Below, in pieces: positions 31,225 to 41,588 of a stretch of 64,000 bases of DNA; positions within the stretch are counted from its first letter, which is position 1, and every line of letters begins with the position of its first letter. Source of the stretch: a virus (taxonomy: Duplodnaviria > Heunggongvirae > Uroviricota > Caudoviricetes); the IMG/VR virus record IMGVR_UViG_3300045988_010208. The stretch is one strand, 5' to 3'. Below the pieces are notes generated by a model, which ran no database searches, was not told where the DNA came from, and saw nothing but the letters and a program-made list of their open reading frames with translations. The translations under genes were made by a program, and so were the position numbers.

Positions 31225-33576
31225 ATGGCAGATTACAAGTTGAGTGAATTAAACTCAATCGATACAATCCGTTCAGATGACCTTCTTCATGTCAGGGTTA
31301 AAAAGAGACCTGAAATGCTGGGTGATGAAGACCGTCGAATGACCTATCAAGATTTCTTAGCATCTTTTAAGCTTGAAAGATTTGTTCAGATTGCTGGTAG
31401 CACTATGACGGGTGACTTAGGGATTGTTAAGTTACTTTATGGTGGTAAGGCAGTCTTTGACCCTACAGGCTCTTCTGAGATTAATATTGGGGATGTTTTA
31501 AAGACTTTTAAAATTAACGCAAATGGTCTTAAACTAACTATTGCAGATGCTTCGAGGTCAGCAACTGTTTATCATACTCTGAATAAACCAAGTCCTAATG
31601 AACTTGGGATGAGAACTAATGAAGAGAATGATGCAAGATATGCAAAACTGGCTAACTCGAATACGTTTAAAGCCAAGCAAACTATTACATCGAATGGTGA
31701 GATTTTAACGCTAGTCACCCCTGCGGAGGCGAGTTCAGCGTACTGTGCCCTTGTAGGTAGAGACGCGAGTAATGAAAAGAATTGGGCTATTGGGAACCTA
31801 ATTAGAGGCAGCTTTGATGTTCAAATCAAGAGTAGACAAGGTTCCATCCTCACTCTAGGTACAACTGTAACGATTAATAAGACCCTTGCTGTTGTTGGTC
31901 AGGTCAAACCTTCTGACTTCTCTAACTTAGATGCTAGATACTTTACTCAGACAGTTGCTAATCAGAGATTTGCACAGTTAGCTGGCAATAACACATTTAG
32001 TGGTTCTAATATTTTCACTAATAATTTTGTTATTAAGAAGAATGCTAATGCTATTACTATTCAAAATGTAGATACAACTACGGCTTTGTATATCCAAGCA
32101 AGAAAATCAGATGGAGCTAATAAGTGGTACATTGGCAATGACGGTGATGAGAGTATTGTAAACATCTATAACTATTTAGCAAAAACACAAATCTCACTAG
32201 GCAACACCATTACTATGAGCAAAACAGTCCAAATTGGTGGTCAAGTTCAACCTTCTGATTGGACTAACATTGACTCTAGATATATTCCGGCAGCAACATT
32301 AAGTACAATTGCAAGAACTAATGCACAAAATACTTTTAATGGTGTACAGAAAGTTGTTACTGATGCTGAAGCCCTAATTGTGAAAAACTATACTCAGAAC
32401 AGACCATTGTATATCCGTGGTGTGGACACTGCTAATGTGTCAAGGTGGTGGGTAGGTGTTGGTGGGGCAGATACTAATGATGTAACACTAAATAACAGTT
32501 TTTCTGGCACTCAGTTAGTTTTAGGTAACTCATCTGCAAGTATCAATAAGACATTAACCCTAGCAGGGCAGATTCAACCCTCAGATTTCTCTAACTTAGA
32601 TGCCAGATACTTTACTCAATCAGCAGCTAATCAGGAATTTATGTATGCAGGTTCCACAGGTACTGGTAGTGAAGTAGGTGATAGTGATGGCATTGCTTGG
32701 AATGCTAAAACTGGTCTGTATAATGTTACAGGTTATGGTGGAGGCTCAACACAACTTGTTTTCCAAATGTATCAGGGTGCAAGCTCTACTCCCTCTGCTC
32801 AATTAAAATTCAACTACAGGAATGGGGGTTTTTGGTATAGGTCATCAAGGGATGGTTTTGGTTTTGAAGAGGACTTCACACAAATTTATACAGAGAAGTA
32901 TAAACCAACTCCTTCAGCTATTGGTGCATACACTAAAGCAGAGACTGACCAGAAGATTGCAGAAGCGATTAGTGACTCTACAGACCTGAATAAAATCTAT
33001 CCAGTAGGGATTGTGACATGGTTTAACAGTAATGTTAACCCTAATACAGCACTCCCTGGGTTAACTTGGACGTATCTGAACAATGGTGTTGGTAGAACTA
33101 TTAGAATTGCAGCAGCAAACGGTTCAGATGTTGCTACAACTGGTGGTTCAGATTCTGTAACGTTATCTGTTGGTAACTTACCTTCACACACTCATAGCTT
33201 CTCTGCGACTACTTCATCATTTGACTATGGTACTAAAACCACTAACACTACTGGTGCTCACACCCACTCAGTGAGTGGTTCTACTAACAACACTGGTGCT
33301 CATACACATACAGTTGGTGGTCGTTATGGTGGTGACTCTATCGGTGGTAAACAACGTGTTCAGGTATCTGGTACAGAACAGGTATCTAGCTCTGCTGGTG
33401 CTCACGCTCACACTGTATCTGGTACTGCTGCCTCTAACGGAAACCATGCTCACACTGTTGGTATTGGTGCTCACAGTCATACAGTTAGTGGTAACACTGG
33501 TGGTACAGGTTCTGGTTCAGCATTTAGTGTAACTAACCAGTTCTATAAGCTGATGGCTTGGGTAAGAACTGCTTAA
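31225..33576 (+). CDS. Long tail fibre protein with three internal repeats and His-box C-terminus shared with 30007..31173
   Basis: 783 aa; three ~100-aa repeats with GQ(V/I)(K/Q)PSD(F/W)(S/T)N(L/I)D(A/S)RY; C-terminal ~100 aa near-identical in protein to the tip of the preceding fibre. Confidence 0.7.
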   Translation: MADYKLSELNSIDTIRSDDLLHVRVKKRPEMLGDEDRRMTYQDFLASFKLERFVQIAGSTMTGDLGIVKLLYGGKAVFDPTGSSEINIGDVLKTFKINANGLKLTIADASRSATVYHTLNKPSPNELGMRTNEENDARYAKLANSNTFKAKQTITSNGEILTLVTPAEASSAYCALVGRDASNEKNWAIGNLIRGSFDVQIKSRQGSILTLGTTVTINKTLAVVGQVKPSDFSNLDARYFTQTVANQRFAQLAGNNTFSGSNIFTNNFVIKKNANAITIQNVDTTTALYIQARKSDGANKWYIGNDGDESIVNIYNYLAKTQISLGNTITMSKTVQIGGQVQPSDWTNIDSRYIPAATLSTIARTNAQNTFNGVQKVVTDAEALIVKNYTQNRPLYIRGVDTANVSRWWVGVGGADTNDVTLNNSFSGTQLVLGNSSASINKTLTLAGQIQPSDFSNLDARYFTQSAANQEFMYAGSTGTGSEVGDSDGIAWNAKTGLYNVTGYGGGSTQLVFQMYQGASSTPSAQLKFNYRNGGFWYRSSRDGFGFEEDFTQIYTEKYKPTPSAIGAYTKAETDQKIAEAISDSTDLNKIYPVGIVTWFNSNVNPNTALPGLTWTYLNNGVGRTIRIAAANGSDVATTGGSDSVTLSVGNLPSHTHSFSATTSSFDYGTKTTNTTGAHTHSVSGSTNNTGAHTHTVGGRYGGDSIGGKQRVQVSGTEQVSSSAGAHAHTVSGTAASNGNHAHTVGIGAHSHTVSGNTGGTGSGSAFSVTNQFYKLMAWVRTA

Positions 33577-33655
33577 TCCCTTATTGACTGATTGTTAAGA
33601 TGGTGTTAATATTCTTTATGGGTATTCTCACCATCTTGGCTGATGAGGTGATTAA

Positions 33656-33850
33656 ATGCCTACAATCCTAGCAATTCTTCTAAAAAATCTAGGTAGTTTC
33701 TTCTGGAAACTCATTTTATCCCTTCTAAGTGAATACATGATTGAGAAAGTGTTCTTTAAGCTTGCAAGATACCTTGCGAGTAAAACAGACACACCTATTG
33801 ATGATGAGTTCGTAGATAACTTAGAAAAAGCTTTTAAGGGGGAGAAATAA
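33656..33850 (+). CDS. Small membrane protein (holin-like candidate)
   Basis: 64 aa with hydrophobic N-terminal segment and charged C-terminus. Confidence 0.35.
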   Translation: MPTILAILLKNLGSFFWKLILSLLSEYMIEKVFFKLARYLASKTDTPIDDEFVDNLEKAFKGEK

Positions 33851-34222
33851 ATGAAGTGGCTAGAGGAAGCTTTTAAAAATAATATTGGTGCAATTGTAGT
33901 TGGTATTTTTAGTGTTATTGGGATGTATACCACCATGCAAGTTTCGGATGGTAAACAAGAAGTGTCTATCACAACAAAGTTACAGCAGTTAGATAATTAT
34001 TCCAAAAGTAATTATTCAGCTATTCGTGATTTACAGTCTGATATGAGGCTGCTTCAGCTAGGGATGGAGAACCAGAAAGTCCAGTTAGAGAATGTTAAGG
34101 GTGAGAACGCAAAACTTACTAAGACTCTTGATAAATTCTCTGATAGTGTGAACAATCTGGCTCAATCAGTATCAGCCCTCCAAGCTATTACTGAAAAGAA
34201 CACAAAGAATACTGAAAAGTAA
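33851..34222 (+). CDS. Membrane-anchored coiled-coil protein
   Basis: 123 aa, one predicted TM segment (IGAIVVGIFSVIGMYTTM) followed by heptad-rich region. Confidence 0.4.
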   Translation: MKWLEEAFKNNIGAIVVGIFSVIGMYTTMQVSDGKQEVSITTKLQQLDNYSKSNYSAIRDLQSDMRLLQLGMENQKVQLENVKGENAKLTKTLDKFSDSVNNLAQSVSALQAITEKNTKNTEK

Positions 34223-34227
34223 AGTTT

Positions 34228-34256
34228 AAGGCTCCTTTTTACGGGAGCCTTTTTTG
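34228..34256. terminator. Bidirectional hairpin terminator between convergent late and early units
   Basis: GGCTCC-loop-GGAGCC stem flanked by T/A runs; between plus-strand 33851..34222 and minus-strand thyA. Confidence 0.6.
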
Positions 34257-34258
34257 TT

Positions 34259-35158
34259 TTATTTACCTACTGACAAAGGTGCTTCAATCTTTCCTGCATG
34301 TTGGTAATTGTAAATGCCACCAATAAAATCACTTGCAGTGAGATGTTTTAAGTCACTTAAAGTGTTAAGTGGGATACCAATCTCAAAAGTTGGTGCATGG
34401 AACTCTTCATTGTTCATCAGTTCATAAACCTGCTTCATATGATTCTGATAAATCTGAGTATCTCCAAAGACACCTATCAAGTACCGTGGAGTGTATCCAG
34501 TCATCTTACAAAGAACTTCCAGAATAAAACCATAAGATGCAATATTAAACGGGAGTCCTAAAAAGGTGTCTACTGAACGCTGATACCATTGTAAGTCAAC
34601 TTCACCCTCGTTAGTGATATAAATCTGAAACAGAACATGACAAGGTGCTAAAGCCATCGAGTTGGATGCAATATCTGCTGCATTCCAAGCATTAACAAGC
34701 ATGTAGCGGTCTGTAATATCACCCTTCATCTTCGTTACTAAGGTCTCTAACTGGTCTACAACACAACCATTATGACCTTCAAAGTTTCTCCACTGAACCC
34801 CGTAGATTCTCCCACCTGCGTCATCTAACCAGTCTTGTTCAGAAGAATAATTAGAGCTTAACCAGCGTTTAAAATCATCTGACCAGATAGTCCAGCGTTC
34901 TCCATCATTTTCATCCCAAGTGCGGTAACGGAGTTCACCCAGTTTATTCTCACCATTCAGGAACCATAAAGCTTCCCCAATAACTTGCCGTGTAAACACC
35001 TGTTTAGATGTTAAGAGCGGGAAACCAGTTCGCATATCAAAACGAAACTGAGGTGGAGCAAAAGCAGAGATAACATCTCCAGTTCGTGTAGTACGCAGTT
35101 CACCAACGGATAAAACATGGTTCAAGATATTTTTGTAACTTGTATCTGCTTGTGACAT
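34259..35158 (-). CDS. thyA: Thymidylate synthase (ThyA family)
   Basis: ThyA signature around catalytic Cys: LAPCHVLFQIY ... YQRSVDTFLGLPFNIASY; DHFR gene adjacent. Confidence 0.85.
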   Translation of the reverse strand: MSQADTSYKNILNHVLSVGELRTTRTGDVISAFAPPQFRFDMRTGFPLLTSKQVFTRQVIGEALWFLNGENKLGELRYRTWDENDGERWTIWSDDFKRWLSSNYSSEQDWLDDAGGRIYGVQWRNFEGHNGCVVDQLETLVTKMKGDITDRYMLVNAWNAADIASNSMALAPCHVLFQIYITNEGEVDLQWYQRSVDTFLGLPFNIASYGFILEVLCKMTGYTPRYLIGVFGDTQIYQNHMKQVYELMNNEEFHAPTFEIGIPLNTLSDLKHLTASDFIGGIYNYQHAGKIEAPLSVGK

Positions 35159-35159
35159 A

Positions 35160-35705
35160 TCAAAAGTGTCCTTTTACTTGTGGAACATAAATTTCAAAAG
35201 TTGCTTTACCATCCTCTGATGGTTTTGACTGTACCTTTGTAAACACACGGTTATCATACAGCTTCTCAAAGAAGTTTTCAAAAGGTAAATGCACAGTGGC
35301 CTCTTCAGTAACTTTATGGAAAACAGTATGGAACACCACACTAGCATACGGTAAAGCATTGACAAGGATACCTGCACCACCAATTACAAAGACATCTTCA
35401 TCAATAGAGCTATCAAGATACTTCAAAAATGCTCCAAATGACTCTTTACTGGCTTTAGCATACATTACATCATCTTTGCCAAAGTCTATGCCTAAGTATG
35501 GTACAGAATTTGTTAAGACGAGGTTTGCACGTTCTGGTAATGGTTTACTACCCAGAGTCTTAAAAGTCTCATTACCCATCACTACTAAATTATCTTTAGT
35601 GAGTCTCTTAAACTCTTGCATATCCTGTTTATGTCGAGGCCACGGCATACCAGTTGGAGTACCAAACTCCCCATTTTCACCACTTGCAAAGATTAATTTA
35701 ATCAT
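35160..35705 (-). CDS. frd: Dihydrofolate reductase
   Basis: N-terminal DHFR motif (MIKLIFASGENGEFG...MPWP) and LVVMGNETFKTL ... PLPERANLVLT. Confidence 0.8.
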   Translation of the reverse strand: MIKLIFASGENGEFGTPTGMPWPRHKQDMQEFKRLTKDNLVVMGNETFKTLGSKPLPERANLVLTNSVPYLGIDFGKDDVMYAKASKESFGAFLKYLDSSIDEDVFVIGGAGILVNALPYASVVFHTVFHKVTEEATVHLPFENFFEKLYDNRVFTKVQSKPSEDGKATFEIYVPQVKGHF

Positions 35706-35962
35706 TTTGTAAACCCTTTCTTAATGAACCAGTTGATAACATTCTTCACAGCTTTATTGCTATGGTAGATTAAGTGTGGCGTGGGTTGGTATGAACCATA
35801 AGCCCAGAATGATAACTGCTCACCACAACCAACACATGTCGTACTCTCTTCAGCTATATGACCATTAACAATCACATGAACTTCACCTTGTAAATCTGTA
35901 CACCCACAATGTGGACATCGGATAGGTGTTCCATCAGACTCATAGCAGTGTTCAATTTTCAT
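35702..35962 (-). CDS. Zinc-ribbon protein, hypothetical
   Basis: 86 aa with CPHCGC ... CVGCG cysteine pairs. Confidence 0.45.
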   Translation of the reverse strand: MKIEHCYESDGTPIRCPHCGCTDLQGEVHVIVNGHIAEESTTCVGCGEQLSFWAYGSYQPTPHLIYHSNKAVKNVINWFIKKGFTK

Positions 35963-36478
35963 CTATTTAACCTCAAAAACTGGCTCAAGAACCAATATAA
36001 AGTCTACACAATCATCTTCTTCATCCAGAATACCGTCAAAGTTCTTAGGTACAAAGTCGAAGAGGTTCATAGAATATCGGTCAGAAGTAACCCTGATAGT
36101 GTTCCCTATATTCTCTACAGTTAATATTGTACGGCTTTCTGTTACCTCACTTAGAAGATTACTCACAAAGTCATCTAAGAAGTGTTTCATCAGTGACTTG
36201 AAGCCTTTAGGGTAATCTGTACCAGAGTATGTTTCAATCTGAGGCACAAGCTTAACATTTATACTAGTCTTTGTTAAGAATGTGCTAGAGAACATGCTAT
36301 CAGGTAACTTACAAACAGTCTTTCCAGTACCTTCATGTTCAATCTCAACAAAACCAGCTTCGTCGCCACATGTGACTATTTTAAAAGATGCTTCATTCTC
36401 ATACTGTGAAGCCATAAACTTTTTAAGCATCTCTTTAAGGAAATCTGCATGAGCATCTTGTAAGTAGACATCAATCAT
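35963..36478 (-). CDS. Hypothetical protein
   Basis: 171-aa ORF in minus-strand early operon. Confidence 0.45.
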   Translation of the reverse strand: MIDVYLQDAHADFLKEMLKKFMASQYENEASFKIVTCGDEAGFVEIEHEGTGKTVCKLPDSMFSSTFLTKTSINVKLVPQIETYSGTDYPKGFKSLMKHFLDDFVSNLLSEVTESRTILTVENIGNTIRVTSDRYSMNLFDFVPKNFDGILDEEDDCVDFILVLEPVFEVK

Positions 36479-36491
36479 AGTTAATCACCTA

Positions 36492-36851
36492 TTATGGGAA
36501 CAGACACTTAATGTCATCGTTTTTGAAAACAAAACTTGTGTAGTTATGACCATCAACATCCAGCCAAACAGCCTGAACATCTACACCATCAAGATTCTGG
36601 TAAAGCTCTTTGATGAAGTGGTCTTTTACAATCTGACTGCTAGTTGTTTCCAACTTAATGTTCGAGATTGCTGAACCTACAGCCATATAACCCATGACAC
36701 GTTTCTTCTCAGTATGCTTAATCTTACCATCTTTGTAAGCCATAATGAGATTGGAAAGAATCTTTACACCATAATACTTTTCAAGGTGAGTAGGTACACC
36801 ATAAAAGCCTAATGCGAAGTTTTCAGAGTGGATAATGTTTTCACGTTTCAT
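36492..36851 (-). CDS. Hypothetical protein
   Basis: 119-aa ORF. Confidence 0.45.
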   Translation of the reverse strand: MKRENIIHSENFALGFYGVPTHLEKYYGVKILSNLIMAYKDGKIKHTEKKRVMGYMAVGSAISNIKLETTSSQIVKDHFIKELYQNLDGVDVQAVWLDVDGHNYTSFVFKNDDIKCLFP

Positions 36852-36852
36852 A

Positions 36853-37182
36853 TTAATCTGCCAACCTTAAATTGAAATTAACACCAAATTTTTCACATAC
36901 TTCCAACATATACTCAAGGGAAACATTACCAGTGAGGTGGATTATGTTGGATACACGAGCCTGAGAGATACCACAAATTTTAGCAACTTGCTCTTGAGAA
37001 AGACCTCTTGATTTAATCTCTCTCTTAAAACGATGTGCAACGAAGTCTCTCATTTCGTCTACATCCATTGGACAAATATAACTCTCCATTTCAGCCTCTC
37101 TATCAGCCTCCCAATCATCTTGTGGGGCATAAGGGTCAAAAAACTCATTCATCTTTCTTCTTCCGTTTGCGTGAAGTGTCAA
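36853..37182 (-). CDS. HTH (XRE-like) domain protein, putative transcriptional regulator
   Basis: C-terminal helix-turn-helix segment LSQEQVAKICGISQARVSNI. Confidence 0.5.
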   Translation of the reverse strand: MTLHANGRRKMNEFFDPYAPQDDWEADREAEMESYICPMDVDEMRDFVAHRFKREIKSRGLSQEQVAKICGISQARVSNIIHLTGNVSLEYMLEVCEKFGVNFNLRLAD

Positions 37183-37357
37183 TCAATGAATCTATGTTTG
37201 TAGCCCTAACCTTTTCACGTTCATCGTTAAGATAATCATCAAGAGCCTTTTCAATCTGTGAATCATCTTGACAGATAACTGTAAAGACTGTAAAGCCGTC
37301 TGTATCGTCAATTATCTTACCATAACCGCTTCTGGGATGTAACTTTTTAAGAGCCAT
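37145..37357 (-). CDS. Hypothetical protein
   Basis: 70-aa ORF overlapping neighbour. Confidence 0.3.
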   Translation of the reverse strand: MALKKLHPRSGYGKIIDDTDGFTVFTVICQDDSQIEKALDDYLNDEREKVRATNIDSLIDTSRKRKKKDE

Positions 37358-37358
37358 A

Positions 37359-37742
37359 TCAAATACCTGTGCAGCTTCTGTTTTCTAAGAAATATTCAAC
37401 ACCGTACATAGCTTTTTGCATCAAATCTTCTTTAAACTGGATACGATGGTTGAGCATAGCCTGTACATCAATATCATCATGGTGCTTTTCTTTAATATTT
37501 GCAGATTGCAGGAAATACTCTGCAAGAACACGATATTGATAGTCAGTTACCTTATCAGTCATCTCTGTTAAAGACTCTTCAGAGATTGGTTTAAGTAGCT
37601 CACCATTCGCTAGAGCAACCCCTTTAACAATCTGGCAAGTGTCTTCTGGAACACCTGATAAATCCACATTTGGAAGTTCTGTTGCACTGACTGGTAAATT
37701 CATTGCCATAACCATTGCAGCAGCTAATAAAATCTTTTTCAT
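37359..37742 (-). CDS. Secreted/periplasmic hypothetical protein
   Basis: N-terminal signal-peptide-like MKKILLAAAMVMAMNLPVSA. Confidence 0.5.
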   Translation of the reverse strand: MKKILLAAAMVMAMNLPVSATELPNVDLSGVPEDTCQIVKGVALANGELLKPISEESLTEMTDKVTDYQYRVLAEYFLQSANIKEKHHDDIDVQAMLNHRIQFKEDLMQKAMYGVEYFLENRSCTGI

Positions 37743-37962
37743 AATGACCTCAAAGTTATATTAAATTTTGTATTACATTGAGTATAAAAATAAGCTATAA
37801 CACCTGACTTGTCAACAGATTTTATAGCTTATTTGGCAGATTTTTTATAAGGCTACTGCCATCCTTCCATACATTACCTAACCAAGCCGAACATCACACA
37901 ACCAGACCGAGCCGCACCCCGCCTTATTAAAAGACCCTCTTTAAAGGCCTTTTAAAAAGGTG

Positions 37963-37988
37963 AGTCTCATTTTAATGTAGTTGAGACT
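37963..37988. repeat. Hairpin with conserved loop ATTTTAATGTAG (copy 1; stem AGTCTC/GAGACT)
   Basis: One of three hairpins with identical loop and flanking AACTACCCA but different stems. Confidence 0.55.
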
Positions 37989-38088
37989 AACTACCCACAC
38001 CTTACCTCACCTGACCTGACCTGACCCTACCTAACATTACCGTGCCGCACCTCACTTAAAAACCTTCTTAGAAGACTCTTAAGTGATG

Positions 38089-38116
38089 TAATCGAATTTT
38101 AATGTAGCTCCGATTA
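38089..38116. repeat. Hairpin with conserved loop ATTTTAATGTAG (copy 2; stem TAATCG/CGATTA)
   Basis: Same loop and downstream AACTACCCA as copies 1 and 3, stem sequence replaced by a different complementary pair. Confidence 0.55.
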
Positions 38117-38196
38117 ACTACCCATACCTGACCAAACCTTGCCAAACCTTACCTCACCCAACTACACCGAACCTTATTAAAAGACCCTCTTAAAGA

Positions 38197-38227
38197 CCTT
38201 TTAAAAAGGAGCCTCCGAAGAGGCTGC
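38197..38227 (-). terminator. Hairpin terminator downstream of 38237..38677 (minus strand)
   Basis: GGCAGCCTC-TTCG-GAGGCTCC stem-loop followed on the minus strand by a U-tract. Confidence 0.5.
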
Positions 38228-38236
38228 CTAGTCAAC

Positions 38237-38677
38237 TTAGAAAGGTTTTCTACGTTGCTTGTTAATGTTAGCTTTCATAGCAGCTAAATGGTTTTGCTGT
38301 TCAATTAGTCGTGAACGTTCTTGATGGCTAAGTGCCATAGTGTTCACATTCTCAATTGCTTGAGTGGCTTGCTTTAAAGCTCGACCAATCTTACCAGACA
38401 TTTTACGTTTTGCAATAGTTGCTTGATGCTTAGGTTCAACCACACGATAACCAACACCCATTGAAGCAACCAGATAAATCTTCTCTTCTTTAAGAAGCTT
38501 CTCAATAAACTTCTCAAGTCGGTTTAGACGTGTAAGCGCATAAGCCTTCATTTCATCTTCGTACTTAACAATGTCACCTTGATAAGTTGGCTTCACAATA
38601 CCTAAGAAGGTGTCCATCTCAGAATGTGATACAGTGTCACCGTAACTAAACTTTGCTGCTAATGCTTTCGTATTCAT
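38237..38677 (-). CDS. Hypothetical protein (cassette gene 2)
   Basis: 146-aa ORF; flanked by composite repeats. Confidence 0.5.
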   Translation of the reverse strand: MNTKALAAKFSYGDTVSHSEMDTFLGIVKPTYQGDIVKYEDEMKAYALTRLNRLEKFIEKLLKEEKIYLVASMGVGYRVVEPKHQATIAKRKMSGKIGRALKQATQAIENVNTMALSHQERSRLIEQQNHLAAMKANINKQRRKPF

Positions 38678-38679
38678 AA

Positions 38680-39285
<606 letters not shown>

Positions 39286-39359
39286 TTAGTTGATTGTTAA
39301 GTTGTTTGTAAAGAACCCTCAACAGAAGACTCTTTAGAAACTTGGTAGATTTTTAACGT

Positions 39360-39603
39360 GGCTACTACCATCCACCCATACCAGACCAGACCAGACCAAG
39401 CCAAGCCCAACACTACCGAACCGGACACGACCAGACCTTATTAAAAGACCCTGTTTAAAGACCTTTTAAAAAGGTAAGTCTCATTTTAATGTAGCTGAGA
39501 CTAACTACCCACACCAAACCATAGCATACATCGCATTACCGGACAGAACCATACTTTACCAAACATCACTTAAAAACCCTCTTAGAAGACTCTTAAGTGA
39601 TGC
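39360..39603. repeat. Composite intergenic repeat, copy R
   Basis: Same block order as copy L: GGCTACT(A/G)CCATCC, CCAGACC x3 tract, TTATTAAAAGACCCT..TTAAAG..CCTTTTAAAAAGG, hairpin, CA-rich tract, CACTTAAAAACCCTCTTAGAAGACTCTTAAGTGATG. Confidence 0.65.
39477..39502. repeat. Hairpin with conserved loop ATTTTAATGTAG (copy 3; stem AGTCTC/GAGACT)
   Basis: Identical loop and flank to copy 1. Confidence 0.55.
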
Positions 39604-39817
39604 TGGTGAGTACCCGTTGGTTTATGCTGCTCAGTATACTCACCAAATTTTCTATGTCAACAACTTTTTATATAAAAGTCCTGATAGCTATATGTGTTAC
39701 AAAACAGAAGATTGTGAACAAGACACCCATTGCAAAGGATGTGTTCAAAAGTTTACTTGTTATGTAAGACAATACAAAGACAACTAATGCAAACAGAATG
39801 ATTGTGCTTAACATAGT

Positions 39818-40957
39818 TTACTCATAATCCCTAATAACTAGCCCAACAGGAAACTGTAAAGAACCCTTACGAGTCATCTTCTGGAACTGTACTGTTAAAG
39901 GTTTCCCGATAAACTCTTCAGGGTGCTCAGCAAGATACTGTTTCTTCTCATGAGTAGTCTTCCATGAAACATCTACAAAGACGTTAGGGAGAGTCTCTAC
40001 AACGAACTTACCATGACCACGTTTATCGGTCTTGACACCAGTCACTTTAAACTCTTCAGTGTGCATCTTCTTGTGCTTAATCAAGAAGTATGAACGGTGA
40101 CCACACTCGTAGAAAGATTCTTCAGAGATTGAGCGGTACATTGCACCTTCAAACTTAGCTTCAACCCACTTATCATGAGCTTCATCAAACTCTTCCCAAG
40201 AGTTAACACGACGAGACTTAACAGGGACAACTCTACAGCCGTCTCTAAAGTCATTCAATGGTGAAGTCTCAATAATATCTCTACGCTCAGGCCAAGTCTT
40301 AGTGCTGTCACAGATATCATACCAGTAAAACTTGAGTAAATGTCGGTCAGGATTGTCTTCATTTTTAATCATGGAGACAATATCTTCTAAATCCAACCCA
40401 TGAGCATAGATTTCACCATCAAATTCATCAACGTCTTTATGGAGCCTCAACATTGCCATAATGTCAGGTATTAGTTCAGTAGGAATTTTATAAATAGTGT
40501 TCTCACGAGAATATGCTGTAAATACACTGCCAATACTTAAGTGTCTTGAAATTCTACAACGTACACCATCCAGTTTTGGTTGAGCGTCAGCAGGGAACTT
40601 CAGATACTTTGCATGGCTAACCTTTGCAGCATCATGAGCAAGCTGTACACCTACCTTCTCAGTATTCTGTGCAGACTCTTTTGTGTAAGCATAACCTTTA
40701 CGGTCAACTTGCTTTTTATACTTAGCAGCAACTTCAAAGAGAGCTTGCTGTTCAGCGTTACGCTCATTCTTTTTACCGATGTTTTTAGGTTCTGCTGTGT
40801 ACTCTTCAAACATCATCTTGCCATTTTCTTTACCGTAGGTTGTGATAACTTTATCACCTACAGCAACACATGACCAGACGTTAAAGGAGCCATCTTTATT
40901 TTGTTTGTACAGAATTGTCATTTTATTCCTCTGAGTGATACCAAGTATTGCAAGCAT
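39818..40957 (-). CDS. ATP-dependent DNA ligase
   Basis: Nucleotidyltransferase motifs: KLDGVR (motif I lysine), FDGEIY (motif III), EGAMYR (motif IV), LIKHKK (motif V-like). Confidence 0.7.
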   Translation of the reverse strand: MLAILGITQRNKMTILYKQNKDGSFNVWSCVAVGDKVITTYGKENGKMMFEEYTAEPKNIGKKNERNAEQQALFEVAAKYKKQVDRKGYAYTKESAQNTEKVGVQLAHDAAKVSHAKYLKFPADAQPKLDGVRCRISRHLSIGSVFTAYSRENTIYKIPTELIPDIMAMLRLHKDVDEFDGEIYAHGLDLEDIVSMIKNEDNPDRHLLKFYWYDICDSTKTWPERRDIIETSPLNDFRDGCRVVPVKSRRVNSWEEFDEAHDKWVEAKFEGAMYRSISEESFYECGHRSYFLIKHKKMHTEEFKVTGVKTDKRGHGKFVVETLPNVFVDVSWKTTHEKKQYLAEHPEEFIGKPLTVQFQKMTRKGSLQFPVGLVIRDYE

Positions 40958-41114
40958 TACATGCGTAAAGCTCTAAGTCATTTTTATCCGGTTTATGAAA
41001 ACAATTTGCTCCGCAGTGGCAACGGAATGGCTTTCCACCAACTGTTAGGGTGAATGATTGAATCTTCCCATCAGGAGTTCGTACAGCATTTTTGTGCTTG
41101 TCTTCTTTGTTCAT
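40923..41114 (-). CDS. Small zinc-finger protein, hypothetical
   Basis: 63 aa with CHC ... CNAC cysteine/histidine cluster. Confidence 0.4.
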   Translation of the reverse strand: MNKEDKHKNAVRTPDGKIQSFTLTVGGKPFRCHCGANCFHKPDKNDLELYACNACNTWYHSEE

Positions 41115-41416
41115 TTTCTCTTACCACCAATCTCTACGTCGATAACTTGAACATCGCCAGCAACATCAAACTTATGAATGATGCTTTCCACAGTGTAAGT
41201 CCAACCATCAATGCGAACCAACTCGCCTTCTCGTGGGACGATTGGATTACGTTGAGCTACGGTTGTGGTGGAGTGAACAACATCATAACGATAGGTATAG
41301 TTTACTAATACTTCCATCGTGAAAACCTCACTCAATAACCGTGGTATGTGATTGACCATTTTTTCCATAGCTATAAGATGTTGTTGTTTGAGAGTTTGGA
41401 CATCTGACAACAACAA
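41111..41416 (-). CDS. Hypothetical protein (start probably internal)
   Basis: Track ORF overlaps 41328..41588 by ~90 nt; an internal Met would remove the overlap. Confidence 0.35.
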   Translation of the reverse strand: MLLSDVQTLKQQHLIAMEKMVNHIPRLLSEVFTMEVLVNYTYRYDVVHSTTTVAQRNPIVPREGELVRIDGWTYTVESIIHKFDVAGDVQVIDVEIGGKRK

Positions 41417-41588
41417 TATCCCTACTTATAGCATCACCATGTAACTTGTATACTCTGCAATCTTGCATTTCTGGTGGGAGGCTGTAAGAAGCATTTTTAT
41501 CTTCATAAGAAGGGTTGCAGCCAGATAGAAAAATAACACCAAGCGCAATTACTGCTTTCCACATAACACTTCTCCTATTACTGTTCAC
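41328..41588 (-). CDS. Putative lipoprotein
   Basis: Signal peptide plus lipobox-like LSGC (AVIALGVIFLSGCNPS). Confidence 0.45.
   Translation of the reverse strand: MNSNRRSVMWKAVIALGVIFLSGCNPSYEDKNASYSLPPEMQDCRVYKLHGDAISRDIVVVRCPNSQTTTSYSYGKNGQSHTTVIE

Larger units (their letters stand above)
37851..38204. repeat. Composite intergenic repeat, copy L (CA-rich CCAGACC tracts, AT-rich palindrome block, conserved-loop hairpins)
   Basis: Shares ~250 bp of ordered blocks with 39360..39603. Confidence 0.65.

Noticed and set aside
39691-39786. 31-codon Cys-rich plus-strand ORF (MCYKTEDCEQDTHCKGCVQKFTCYVRQYKDN) in the 39283-39817 intergenic region
   Set aside because: No recognisable RBS and opposite in strand to all neighbouring genes; too short to support without expression data.
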